Below, piece after piece: positions 56,279 to 64,000 of a stretch of DNA of 64,000 bases. The notes under the pieces are model-generated. The model was not told where the DNA came from. It made no database searches and saw nothing but the letters and a program-made list of their open reading frames with translations. Source of the DNA: Candidatus Omnitrophota bacterium (GTDB taxonomy: Bacteria; Omnitrophota; Gorgyraeia; VGKH01; JBHPFN01). The stretch spans positions 71,218 through 135,217 of the forward strand of contig JBHPFN010000001.1 of NCBI GenBank assembly GCA_042571725.1, in the 5' to 3' direction. Both the position numbers and the translations under genes were made by a program. Each line of letters opens with the position of its first letter. Position 1 is the first letter of the stretch.

Positions 56279-56823
56279 TATTCTTCCTTTTGTTTCCTAG
56301 GTAATTTTTTCAACATATTCATCATTTTCGGCATTGCTTCCTGAGAAAAGCTATCCTTTGCTGTACGAATCATGATTTCTCCGTCAACATTATACACGTG
56401 AATCTCCTTATCCATTGCAAGCGTCTCATATTGAACCTCGTAGGACAAAGAAACATAAGGAGGAAATATTTTCTCTGAACCTGTAGTAACATTCTTTTGG
56501 AACTTTTTATCCCAGAAAACATGACTTCTGTATTTGTAATCAATTATGTCCCCAAATTCTTCATGAAAGACTTTCAAAGCCTGCAAATCAATATCCCTAT
56601 TTTCCGGTCTGTCATTGAGTGGTTTAACCATATCAAATGCCTGCTCAAACTCATTATCCTTCAAAAGACTAAGATATTTCTCTGCCAGTTTTTTTGCTTG
56701 GTCAATATCGATATCTACGTCTTCAACGCTAGATTCAACGCTTTCGTTCTGACCAAAAGCCACTGAGGAAAAAAGAAACATCGTTATTGCAACAAAAGAA
56801 ACTAAATAGATTCTTTTCATCAT
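56278..56823 (-). CDS. Hypothetical secreted protein (181 aa)
   Basis: Signal peptide. No recognised domain. Confidence 0.4.
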   Translation of the reverse strand: MMKRIYLVSFVAITMFLFSSVAFGQNESVESSVEDVDIDIDQAKKLAEKYLSLLKDNEFEQAFDMVKPLNDRPENRDIDLQALKVFHEEFGDIIDYKYRSHVFWDKKFQKNVTTGSEKIFPPYVSLSYEVQYETLAMDKEIHVYNVDGEIMIRTAKDSFSQEAMPKMMNMLKKLPRKQKEE

Positions 56824-56856
56824 ATTGACCCTCCCTATCTCCAGATGTATTAATAG

Positions 56857-57342
56857 TTAGAGATTTATAATTTGCCTTCTTTTAATAAACAGAGCCATAG
56901 CTATAAGCATAAGAAAACCTCCTATGCCCTGCAAAGTATGCATGGACGTTAACGGAACGTCTCTTATGAGAATAACCTTTTCTGGGTCGTCAGGGGAAAC
57001 ATATACTTCGACTGTCTTACCGACAGGAAACATCTTTACGTGCTCCTTTCCTGTAGATTGTCCACTAATTTGTCCAAATGATACTCTGTAAACGTCGAAG
57101 TCTTGATTATTGTCCAGAAAAACCCCTTTTATCTCAGCAATATATCTCCTGTCCCCTGTGCTTGAGCCGCGAAGCTCGATTACCTTCGAAAGAGTTATCC
57201 TTGCTTTCCTAGGTAGCCAATTCTTAGCTTCGTTAACCTTGTTGATGTCAAATTGGGAAGGAATAATAAGAAACAGCCCGATGATCACCAAAATCACGGA
57301 CAATGCCTTAAACAAGGCCGGTTTGTTAGGTTTATTACCCAT
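56857..57342 (-). CDS. DUF3592-like membrane protein
   Basis: N-terminal TM, beta-rich middle, C-terminal TM topology. Confidence 0.4.
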   Translation of the reverse strand: MGNKPNKPALFKALSVILVIIGLFLIIPSQFDINKVNEAKNWLPRKARITLSKVIELRGSSTGDRRYIAEIKGVFLDNNQDFDVYRVSFGQISGQSTGKEHVKMFPVGKTVEVYVSPDDPEKVILIRDVPLTSMHTLQGIGGFLMLIAMALFIKRRQIINL

Positions 57343-57360
57343 AATGCTCCTCCTTTCTAA

Positions 57361-58806
57361 CTACTTTTTTGCTAACTTTCGCGCTAATTCCAGCGCCTGT
57401 TTTTTTGTCGTAATGCTTCCTTCTGCCTGTGCTTCTTCTACTTCACGCAAGATGGTGGCAAAGATTGGTGACGGAGAAAGCTTTAATTTTTTAATTAAAT
57501 CATTACCATCTATTAATCGCACAAACGGTTCTTCTTTTTGCTTATCAAAATAGTATTTAATCAACCCTCTTACTACCTTCTCGTGATGTTTGCGGTCGCT
57601 TTTATCGGTAAGAGGACCCCTTGTAGAGCGTTGATCCGCAATACCGATAATAAGAATGCTTACTCCCTCTTCTTCAGTATCGCGAAAATAACGAAAGACT
57701 GCCCGTTGCGTAGGCATTTTTGTATTAGCTAGATAGCCTGGCCGAAGGTGCCAGAAAATCATCTTCTCAAGCGCGAATTTTTCTTTTGTAGAAAGCTTAA
57801 GCATCTCAGCAATGCTATCAATGATTCTGCGTCCTACTCTTTCGTGCCCGTGAAAAATCATTTTACCGTCTTTACGCTTCTTTGCCTCGGGCTTGCCGAT
57901 ATCGTGAAGAAGCGCCCCAAGCTTCATCAAAGACCTGCGCGTACGATTAGGTACTATCTCTTGATCAAGATACGCATTTAATTCCGCATCACCTTTTATC
58001 TGCTGAAAAAGCTTCTCTAGCTGGACTAATGTTTCTAACGAGTGCTTCCAGACATCCAGATGATGATACGGCCCCTGAGAGACGTTGCGCATAATCTTTA
58101 TTTGAGGAATGACTTTCTCCAAAACACCTATGGTATCCATCTGTTTTATGCGGGGGGCGCTGTGATTAACGGTGAAAATTTTAAAAAGTTCGTCGCGCTT
58201 CCTCTCTTCTGCTGACTGAAGAAGTTTTTCCCGTTTTCTTTTAATTGCCTTTAGCGTAGCGCTGTCAATTTCAAAATCCAGCATGGCTGAAAAACTAAAA
58301 GCGCGCACAATTCTCAGTGGATCTTGGTCAAAACTCTCCTTGCTGGCCATCCTTACTTTTTTTCTCTTTAAATCATCCAAAGCACTACAGCAATCGAGCA
58401 GTATCTGATTGAATTTCTTTGCCTTTTCTATTGAATTGATATCAATTGCTAAAGAATTAATAGTAAAATCCCTCTGAAGAAGATCGCTCTCGATTGTGGG
58501 CCCACGAAAATCAGCAAAATCAAACGTATGCGAGCAGTGTTTCTTGTTATACACCACCCGTGCGCATCCGTGCTCTTTATCCAATAAAACAAAATTGCCC
58601 TTTATAGCACGCGCTATCGTTTTAGCAAAGGCGATGGCGTTCTTATCGACGGCGAAATCCAAATCATAATTTTCTTTTGTGCGCTCCAGCATCAAATCAC
58701 GCACATAACCTCCCACCAAGAAAACCTTCTGCTTCTTTCTCTTGGCTTCTCTATTAATAGTTTTTAAAAACGTATTAGTTTTTAACTTTTGCATATGTGA
58801 AGGCAT
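57361..58806 (-). CDS. cca: CCA-adding tRNA nucleotidyltransferase / poly(A) polymerase with HD domain
   Basis: GGYVRD nucleotidyltransferase motif. HD motif LHDIGK. Confidence 0.75.
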   Translation of the reverse strand: MPSHMQKLKTNTFLKTINREAKRKKQKVFLVGGYVRDLMLERTKENYDLDFAVDKNAIAFAKTIARAIKGNFVLLDKEHGCARVVYNKKHCSHTFDFADFRGPTIESDLLQRDFTINSLAIDINSIEKAKKFNQILLDCCSALDDLKRKKVRMASKESFDQDPLRIVRAFSFSAMLDFEIDSATLKAIKRKREKLLQSAEERKRDELFKIFTVNHSAPRIKQMDTIGVLEKVIPQIKIMRNVSQGPYHHLDVWKHSLETLVQLEKLFQQIKGDAELNAYLDQEIVPNRTRRSLMKLGALLHDIGKPEAKKRKDGKMIFHGHERVGRRIIDSIAEMLKLSTKEKFALEKMIFWHLRPGYLANTKMPTQRAVFRYFRDTEEEGVSILIIGIADQRSTRGPLTDKSDRKHHEKVVRGLIKYYFDKQKEEPFVRLIDGNDLIKKLKLSPSPIFATILREVEEAQAEGSITTKKQALELARKLAKK

Positions 58807-58817
58807 AATTAAATATG

Positions 58818-59291
58818 TTAAAGGCCAAAGAATGTAACGTTCATTGTGTCTAAATCTATCACTGCTACACTTGAGGAGCCGTTAAGCCAACCACTGCACT
58901 CTCCGGGATTGACAAACAGAATTCCATCCTTCTTTTCAACCGCTTTCTCGTGAGAATGGCCATAAACAACTAAATCATATTTTCGATTTCCTAGGTTTAT
59001 CTTATTGATATCATGAGTAAGCAGTATCCATCGGCCAGCCTCACGTAAGGTGCGCGGAGCCTTTTTTATCCTGCCTTTTGATTTCAGCGTAAGCCCTTTT
59101 ACTTCTCCGTCGTTATTACCGAATACACCTACATAATCACAGGAAAGTTTTTTAAATACATTAAGGCTAAACGGGGCGACATAATCCCCCGCATGCAAAA
59201 CCAAATCTACTTTTTTCCTATTAAATAATTTTACTGCCTTTTCTATCTGAGTGAGGTTATCGTGCGTATCGGCAATTAATCCGAGCTTCAT
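58818..59291 (-). CDS. YfcE/MJ0936-family metallophosphoesterase
   Basis: ADTHDN, GD..V and GHSH motifs. Confidence 0.7.
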   Translation of the reverse strand: MKLGLIADTHDNLTQIEKAVKLFNRKKVDLVLHAGDYVAPFSLNVFKKLSCDYVGVFGNNDGEVKGLTLKSKGRIKKAPRTLREAGRWILLTHDINKINLGNRKYDLVVYGHSHEKAVEKKDGILFVNPGECSGWLNGSSSVAVIDLDTMNVTFFGL

Positions 59292-59695
59292 TTTTGTTCG
59301 TCAGGCAAACCTGCCTTCTCCAAAACTTCATCTTCAACAAAAATGGGGGATTTTGTCCTCACCGCTAAGGCAATGCTATCGGAGGGGCGTGCATCTATTG
59401 TTTTTTTCTTACCGTCCTGCTTGATGATAAGCTTTGCGTGAAATGTATTATCTTGAAGTTTGTCAATTATAATTCTATCAATCCGAGCATCGAGGCTTGC
59501 GATGGTTGCATGAAGCAAATCGTGCGTAAGCGGCCGAGGCGGGTTGATGCCGCTTACTTTCATCTTTATCGCAGACGCCTCTAAAAGCCCGATAATAATA
59601 GGTAGGCGCCGTGTTCCTTTTTTCTCTTTGAGCACAATTACCTGGTCGCTTCTTCGCTCATCGATGATAATTTTATTCAACTCCATCTCAACCAT
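59288..59695 (-). CDS. Bifunctional nuclease (BFN/DUF151) domain protein
   Basis: 135-aa protein with a DUF151-like core. Confidence 0.55.
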   Translation of the reverse strand: MVEMELNKIIIDERRSDQVIVLKEKKGTRRLPIIIGLLEASAIKMKVSGINPPRPLTHDLLHATIASLDARIDRIIIDKLQDNTFHAKLIIKQDGKKKTIDARPSDSIALAVRTKSPIFVEDEVLEKAGLPDEQK

Positions 59696-59716
59696 AGAGG
59701 TTCCTTTATGCTAAGA

Positions 59717-60169
59717 CTACTTATCGAGCACGTCCTTTAATTCTTTCATAAATTGACTTACGTCTTTAAACTGCCTGTACACAGAGGCAAACCGTACGTA
59801 TGCAATATCGTCTAACTTCGCGAGTTTCTGTATGACTAACTCCCCGATGCGCTCTGACTTAACCTCTTTATCGAACTTACGCATGATGGTCCGCTCGATA
59901 TCCGTTACCACCGCTTCCAACTTCTCCATGCTAATCGGCCGTTTCTCGCACGCCTTCCTCAATCCTGACAGAATTTTCTTGCGATCGAATGCTTCTCTGC
60001 GGTTATCCTTCTTTACCACCATCAAGGGTGTCTGCTCAATATATTCATACGTGGTAAATCGCCTATCGCACTTTACGCATTCCCGCCGGCGCCGCACAGA
60101 GGTCCCCTCGCTACTATCTCGAGAGTCTACTACTTTATTTTCGGCATGGCCGCAAAAGGGACATTTCAT
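59717..60169 (-). CDS. nrdR: Transcriptional repressor NrdR
   Basis: [19 protein letters not shown] zinc ribbon plus ATP-cone. Confidence 0.85.
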   Translation of the reverse strand: MKCPFCGHAENKVVDSRDSSEGTSVRRRRECVKCDRRFTTYEYIEQTPLMVVKKDNRREAFDRKKILSGLRKACEKRPISMEKLEAVVTDIERTIMRKFDKEVKSERIGELVIQKLAKLDDIAYVRFASVYRQFKDVSQFMKELKDVLDK

Positions 60170-60660
60170 TTCTTTGTTTTGCTTTTCTTAGATGTTTTCT
60201 TTTTCAACTTTAACAGGCGTATTTTAACCCCTGCTTCTTTTAGCATTTCTCGCGCTAACGCATCGGGGTAACTCGAAGCAATCACGATCTCTTTTATCTG
60301 GGCGTTGATCAGCATCTTCGAGCAAATAATACAGGGTTGGTTTGTAATATATATTGAGCTGCCTTGTATATCGATATGATGAATTACTGCCTGCAGAATT
60401 GCATTTTGTTCTGCGTGCAAACCACGGCATAGCTCATGGCGCTCTCCGGATGGAATGCGCATCTTCTCTCGCAAACAGCCTCTTGAAAGACAGTGTTTAA
60501 TTCCCGAAGGAACGCCGTTATAGCCGGTTGCTAAAATCCTTTTATCTTTTACTACCACCGCGCCAACCTTGCGGCGTAAACAGGTAGACCTACTCGCCAC
60601 AATGTTTGCGACGTCTATAAAATATTCGTCCCAGCTTGGCCGGTTATCGTTCTTTTTCAT
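60166..60660 (-). CDS. dCMP deaminase (ComEB-like)
   Basis: HAEQNAI and PCxxC zinc-binding motifs. Confidence 0.8.
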   Translation of the reverse strand: MKKNDNRPSWDEYFIDVANIVASRSTCLRRKVGAVVVKDKRILATGYNGVPSGIKHCLSRGCLREKMRIPSGERHELCRGLHAEQNAILQAVIHHIDIQGSSIYITNQPCIICSKMLINAQIKEIVIASSYPDALAREMLKEAGVKIRLLKLKKKTSKKSKTKK

Positions 60661-61910
60661 CTATTTTTTCTAAGTTCAAGGTAGAGAGGAAACCGAACAG
60701 TGAGCCTATCGACTTCCTTTATAACTGCTTTTCTTATGTTATTATTATCTCTATTCTGTATTGCTTGATCGATTAAATCTGCAATACGATACATCTGTTT
60801 TTCTTTCATGCCCCTGGTCGTCAGCGCAGGTGTACCTAAGCGGATTCCGCTGGTGACTGCAGGAGACGTTGGATCAAAAGGAATAAGATTCTTATTTACG
60901 GTAATTTTTGCTCTCTCTAATGCCGCCGCTGCCTTTTTTCCGGTAATTCCTTTATTGGTTAAATCCACAAGCAAAAGATGCGTATCAGTACCGAATGACA
61001 CAATACGATACCCTTTACTGGTAAGCTCTTCGGCTAAGGCTTTAGCGTTTTTTACAATCTGTTTTTGATATGCTTTAAACTTCGGCGTCTGCGCTTCCTT
61101 AAGAGCAACAGCCTTTGCAGCAATTACGTGCATCAGCGGCCCTCCTTGAATTCCAGGAAAGATCTGAGCATCAACTTTCTTGGCAAACTTCTTTTTACAC
61201 AAAACCATTCCGCCGCGAGGACCGCGTAAGGTTTTATGGGTCGTGGTAGTCACAAATTCGGCATAAGGAACCGGGTTTGGATGAACACCTGCTACCACCA
61301 AGCCTGCAAAATGCGCCATGTCCACAAAAAGATACGCCCCTACCCGATCGGCGATCTTACGGAACTGTTTAAAATCAATCGTGCGAGGATATGCTGAAGC
61401 CCCAGCAACAATCATCTTAGGCCTATACCGCTTTGCTAAATTAAGGATCTCATCATAGTCGAGCATCTCGGTTGCGCGGTTAACCCCGTAGGTTACGACA
61501 TTAAAAAATCTTCCTGAGAAATTATGAGGATGTCCGTGGGTAAGGTGTCCGCCGCAGGCTAAATCCATAGCCATGATCGTCTCCCCCAGCTTCAAAGCTG
61601 AAAAATACACCGCCATATTTGCCTGCGAACCTGAGTGAGGTTGTACGTTTACGTGTTGTGCCCCAAAAAGTTTTTTGGCTCTCTCGCGGGCTAAATCTTC
61701 GGCATCATCGACAAAACGGCATCCTCCATACCAGCGAGCCCGGGGATATCCTTCGGCATACTTATTGGTTAACACCGAGCTAAGCGCCTCAAGCACAGCC
61801 AAAGAGGTAAAATTCTCTGAGGCAATTAATTCAAGCTGATCATTCTGACGCTGCAGCTCATTGCGGACAACCTTATAAATTTGAGAGTCAGTTTGCTTTA
61901 AATGTTTCAT
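60657..61910 (-). CDS. glyA: Serine hydroxymethyltransferase
   Basis: SHMT PLP motif [13 protein letters not shown]. Start refined to MKHLKQ (61910); the ORF-track start at 61943 adds a K/R-rich extension. Confidence 0.9.
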   Translation of the reverse strand: MKHLKQTDSQIYKVVRNELQRQNDQLELIASENFTSLAVLEALSSVLTNKYAEGYPRARWYGGCRFVDDAEDLARERAKKLFGAQHVNVQPHSGSQANMAVYFSALKLGETIMAMDLACGGHLTHGHPHNFSGRFFNVVTYGVNRATEMLDYDEILNLAKRYRPKMIVAGASAYPRTIDFKQFRKIADRVGAYLFVDMAHFAGLVVAGVHPNPVPYAEFVTTTTHKTLRGPRGGMVLCKKKFAKKVDAQIFPGIQGGPLMHVIAAKAVALKEAQTPKFKAYQKQIVKNAKALAEELTSKGYRIVSFGTDTHLLLVDLTNKGITGKKAAAALERAKITVNKNLIPFDPTSPAVTSGIRLGTPALTTRGMKEKQMYRIADLIDQAIQNRDNNNIRKAVIKEVDRLTVRFPLYLELRKNR

Positions 61911-61914
61911 ATTT

Positions 61915-62376
61915 CTACGCCTTCTTTTTTGTCTTCTTTTCAAAATCTTTTATTTGATTTACTCTCTTGATGTGCCTCCCGCCTTCAAAAGCAGTAGTGA
62001 GCCAAATAGTTAAGAGCTTACCCACTGTGCGGGATTTCACAAAATCTGATCCTAGGACTAACACATTAGAATCATTGTGCTGGCGTGAGAGCCGCGCTGC
62101 TTTCTGATTATAACATAGCGCGGCACGAACCCCCAATACTTTGTTAGCGGCGATCGCACTTCCGATACCAGTTTTGCATATCATAATCCCCCGATTATTC
62201 TTAGATGTACTCGCCTGCTTGGCAACCTTTATAGAGATTTCAGGATGGTCGCACGATTGCGTACTGTGCGTCCCGACATCCTTTACCTTATATCCCTTGG
62301 ATTTCAAAAAGGTAACGGCCTTTTTCTTTAATGCAAACCCTCTGTGATCAGCACCGATTGTTACTATAGGCTTCAT
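61915..62376 (-). CDS. rpiB: Ribose-5-phosphate isomerase B
   Basis: RpiB/LacAB family. N-terminal IGADHRGF. Confidence 0.85.
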   Translation of the reverse strand: MKPIVTIGADHRGFALKKKAVTFLKSKGYKVKDVGTHSTQSCDHPEISIKVAKQASTSKNNRGIMICKTGIGSAIAANKVLGVRAALCYNQKAARLSRQHNDSNVLVLGSDFVKSRTVGKLLTIWLTTAFEGGRHIKRVNQIKDFEKKTKKKA

Positions 62377-62388
62377 AAAAATCCTCCG

Positions 62389-63453
62389 TTATTGTATTTT
62401 CTTATAGACCTCTTCTATACATTCTTGAATCACTGAAAAACAGTTAGCATAAAATCCCATCGGCATGCCTATAGGATCAGGAATATTGACATCCAATTCG
62501 CCAATCTTGACAAATTCTTTTAATAGAAATGTCCGCTCCTTTGCAAAAGGAAACATGCTCAGTAACTTATTTTTGTGGTGTCTCTCCATTACTAAAATTA
62601 AATCTGACCTCTTCACAAGATCATCGCTGGCGCCTTGAGACCGGTGAGCCCGTGCGTCAATCCCTTCTTTCTTAAGAAGTTCGATAGTGGATTCGCTCGC
62701 GCTCATTCCAGGCAGCGCTCCTACACCTGCGCTCTCAACAAAAATATCGTCTCGACCGGCCACTTTTTTCTTCATTAACTCTGCTGCCATAACAGATCGA
62801 CAACTATTTCCCGTGCAGACAAACAAGATATGCTTACTATTAATAACCTTAAGGATTTCCTCCTTCTTAATCACTCCCTCGCGCATCAGGCGTGCAGGGA
62901 TTTGTGCAACATCCACTACAGAAGAACTTACGCCAAACTCGGTAACACCTCCATCAATAACGATATCTACAAGGCCCTTTAAATCCTTAAGCACATCTTC
63001 GATTTTTGCCGGAGCATGCTTTCCTGAGACGTTTGCTGAAGGAGCAAATACAGGAACCCCTGCAGTCTCAATGAGCTTAAGTGCAATGTTGTTATTGGGC
63101 AGGCGCAATCCTACGGTCCCAGAAGATGAATGCTTCGATTGTAAAATTATCGTAAGGGGCCCGGGCCAAAATCTATCCATTAACTTATATGCAGCGGTAG
63201 GGATATTGCTTGCATATTTTTCTACGTCCTCTTTATGCGCAATATGAATAGAATATTTCTTTTCTTCAGGACGTCTCTTAACCTGAGAGAGCCGATCGAC
63301 GGTAACTGCGTTAAGCGCGTTGGCTGCGATCCCGTACACTGTCTCGGTAGGAAAAACGACCAAGCCGCCGTTTGTTATCACCTCAGCGGCGAAATTGATC
63401 TTTTCCTGATCCGGATTATGTGAATCTAATTTAATAATCTCGGTTTTTTTCAA
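62389..63453 (-). CDS. tsaC: Fusion of L-threonylcarbamoyladenylate synthase (TsaC/YrdC) and low-molecular-weight protein tyrosine/arginine phosphatase
   Basis: YrdC domain (residues 1-200). C-terminal CTGNSCRS (CX5R) LMW-PTP P-loop. Confidence 0.75.
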   Translation of the reverse strand: MKKTEIIKLDSHNPDQEKINFAAEVITNGGLVVFPTETVYGIAANALNAVTVDRLSQVKRRPEEKKYSIHIAHKEDVEKYASNIPTAAYKLMDRFWPGPLTIILQSKHSSSGTVGLRLPNNNIALKLIETAGVPVFAPSANVSGKHAPAKIEDVLKDLKGLVDIVIDGGVTEFGVSSSVVDVAQIPARLMREGVIKKEEILKVINSKHILFVCTGNSCRSVMAAELMKKKVAGRDDIFVESAGVGALPGMSASESTIELLKKEGIDARAHRSQGASDDLVKRSDLILVMERHHKNKLLSMFPFAKERTFLLKEFVKIGELDVNIPDPIGMPMGFYANCFSVIQECIEEVYKKIQ

Positions 63454-63938
63454 AACTTCACCTTTGTCTTTTTGATTTTGGCTGATTGCTTTTTTCGATA
63501 CCCCTGAAGTTTCGCAGCGATCTTTTTATCTTCCAACGATAAAATACTCAGCGCACAAAATGCAGCATTTTTCGCACCGGCCTTGCCGATAGCCATTGTG
63601 GCAACCGGTACCCCCGCAGGCATCTGCACTGTTGAAAGCAAAGAATCTAAGCCTTTAAGACTCTTTGTCTCGATAGGTATACCGATAACCGGCAATGTGG
63701 TATGCGATGCCACAACCCCCGCTAAAGCAGCAGCTCCGCCTGCTGCAGCGATGACAACTTTAACTCCCCGTGGCTTAGAGCCTGCGACATAGTGAGCTAC
63801 TGCTTCAGGGGTTCTATGTGCTGAAAGCACCTTTGCCTCAAAACCGACGGAAAACTCTTTGAGGATTTTTAAGGTCTCGGTGACAATCGGAAGATCTGAA
63901 ATACTGCCCATAAGCACAACAACTCTTGGTTTTTTCAT
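63450..63938 (-). CDS. purE: N5-carboxyaminoimidazole ribonucleotide mutase
   Basis: PurE signature ([11 protein letters not shown]..., AGGAAALAG). Confidence 0.85.
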   Translation of the reverse strand: MKKPRVVVLMGSISDLPIVTETLKILKEFSVGFEAKVLSAHRTPEAVAHYVAGSKPRGVKVVIAAAGGAAALAGVVASHTTLPVIGIPIETKSLKGLDSLLSTVQMPAGVPVATMAIGKAGAKNAAFCALSILSLEDKKIAAKLQGYRKKQSAKIKKTKVKF

Positions 63939-64000
63939 ATCGTACTCCTTATTTTAGTCTCATTTCTTGAGAGCGCCCTAAAACCGATATCCTTACGATA

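Noticed and set aside
62687-63247. 186-aa plus-strand ORF (also 4565-4975, 4994-5407 and 45140-45688 on plus)
   Set aside because: These lie entirely inside well-supported minus-strand genes (tsaC fusion, NuoF-like, acyl-ligase fusion). They are antisense shadows with biased Ser/Pro/Ala composition.
1-64000. CRISPR arrays, transposases, integrases, prophage genes
   Set aside because: I scanned for regularly spaced direct repeats and for DDE, tyrosine-recombinase or terminase-like proteins and found none. The only repeats are the terminator-like hairpins described above.

Overview
The window is a gene-dense segment of a bacterial chromosome, roughly 40% GC by eye, with about 83 protein-coding genes and one tRNA. 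All but one gene lie on the minus strand; only the ppiD-like gene at 24506-25993 is on plus.

Most of the content is housekeeping and matches the neighbourhood order I recall from Bacillus subtilis (a Firmicute):
- spoVG-[tRNA]-glmU-prs-ctc-pth
- rpsF-ssb-rpsR-rplI-dnaB
- tsaC/PTP-rpiB-glyA and dcd-nrdR

Outer-membrane genes (bamA-skp-lpxD-lpxC/fabZ) are present alongside those Firmicute-like orders, so the host is a diderm, possibly an anaerobe or a candidate-phylum organism. Anaerobe markers are a four-subunit 2-oxoacid:ferredoxin oxidoreductase (porGDAB) with a ferredoxin and a rubrerythrin-like protein, and a split transketolase. An NAD cluster (nadE, pncA, pncB) and a thiol-redox cluster (TlpA-like, ccdA, cutA, grx, flavodoxin-like) are also present.

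The less ordinary items are:
- A NuoE/NuoF/truncated Fe-S module next to a standalone glutamate-synthase-domain-2 (FMN/Fe-S) protein, with shared hairpin motifs in the leaders.
- A 913-aa acyl-AMP ligase / ACP / PlsC acyltransferase tri-domain fusion.
- An unannotated 32-aa ORF that looks like ribosomal protein bS22.
- Two tandem micro-ORFs translationally coupled to an endonuclease-III-like gene that carries a C-terminal zinc ribbon.
- A macro-NUDIX fusion near an HD-GYP gene.
- A minimal 269-aa secretin with its own consensus promoter.
- A 27-nt perfect AT-rich palindrome in the promoter of an unknown membrane protein.

I found no CRISPR array, transposase, integrase or rRNA. All calls rest on motif recognition by eye; I ran no searches.
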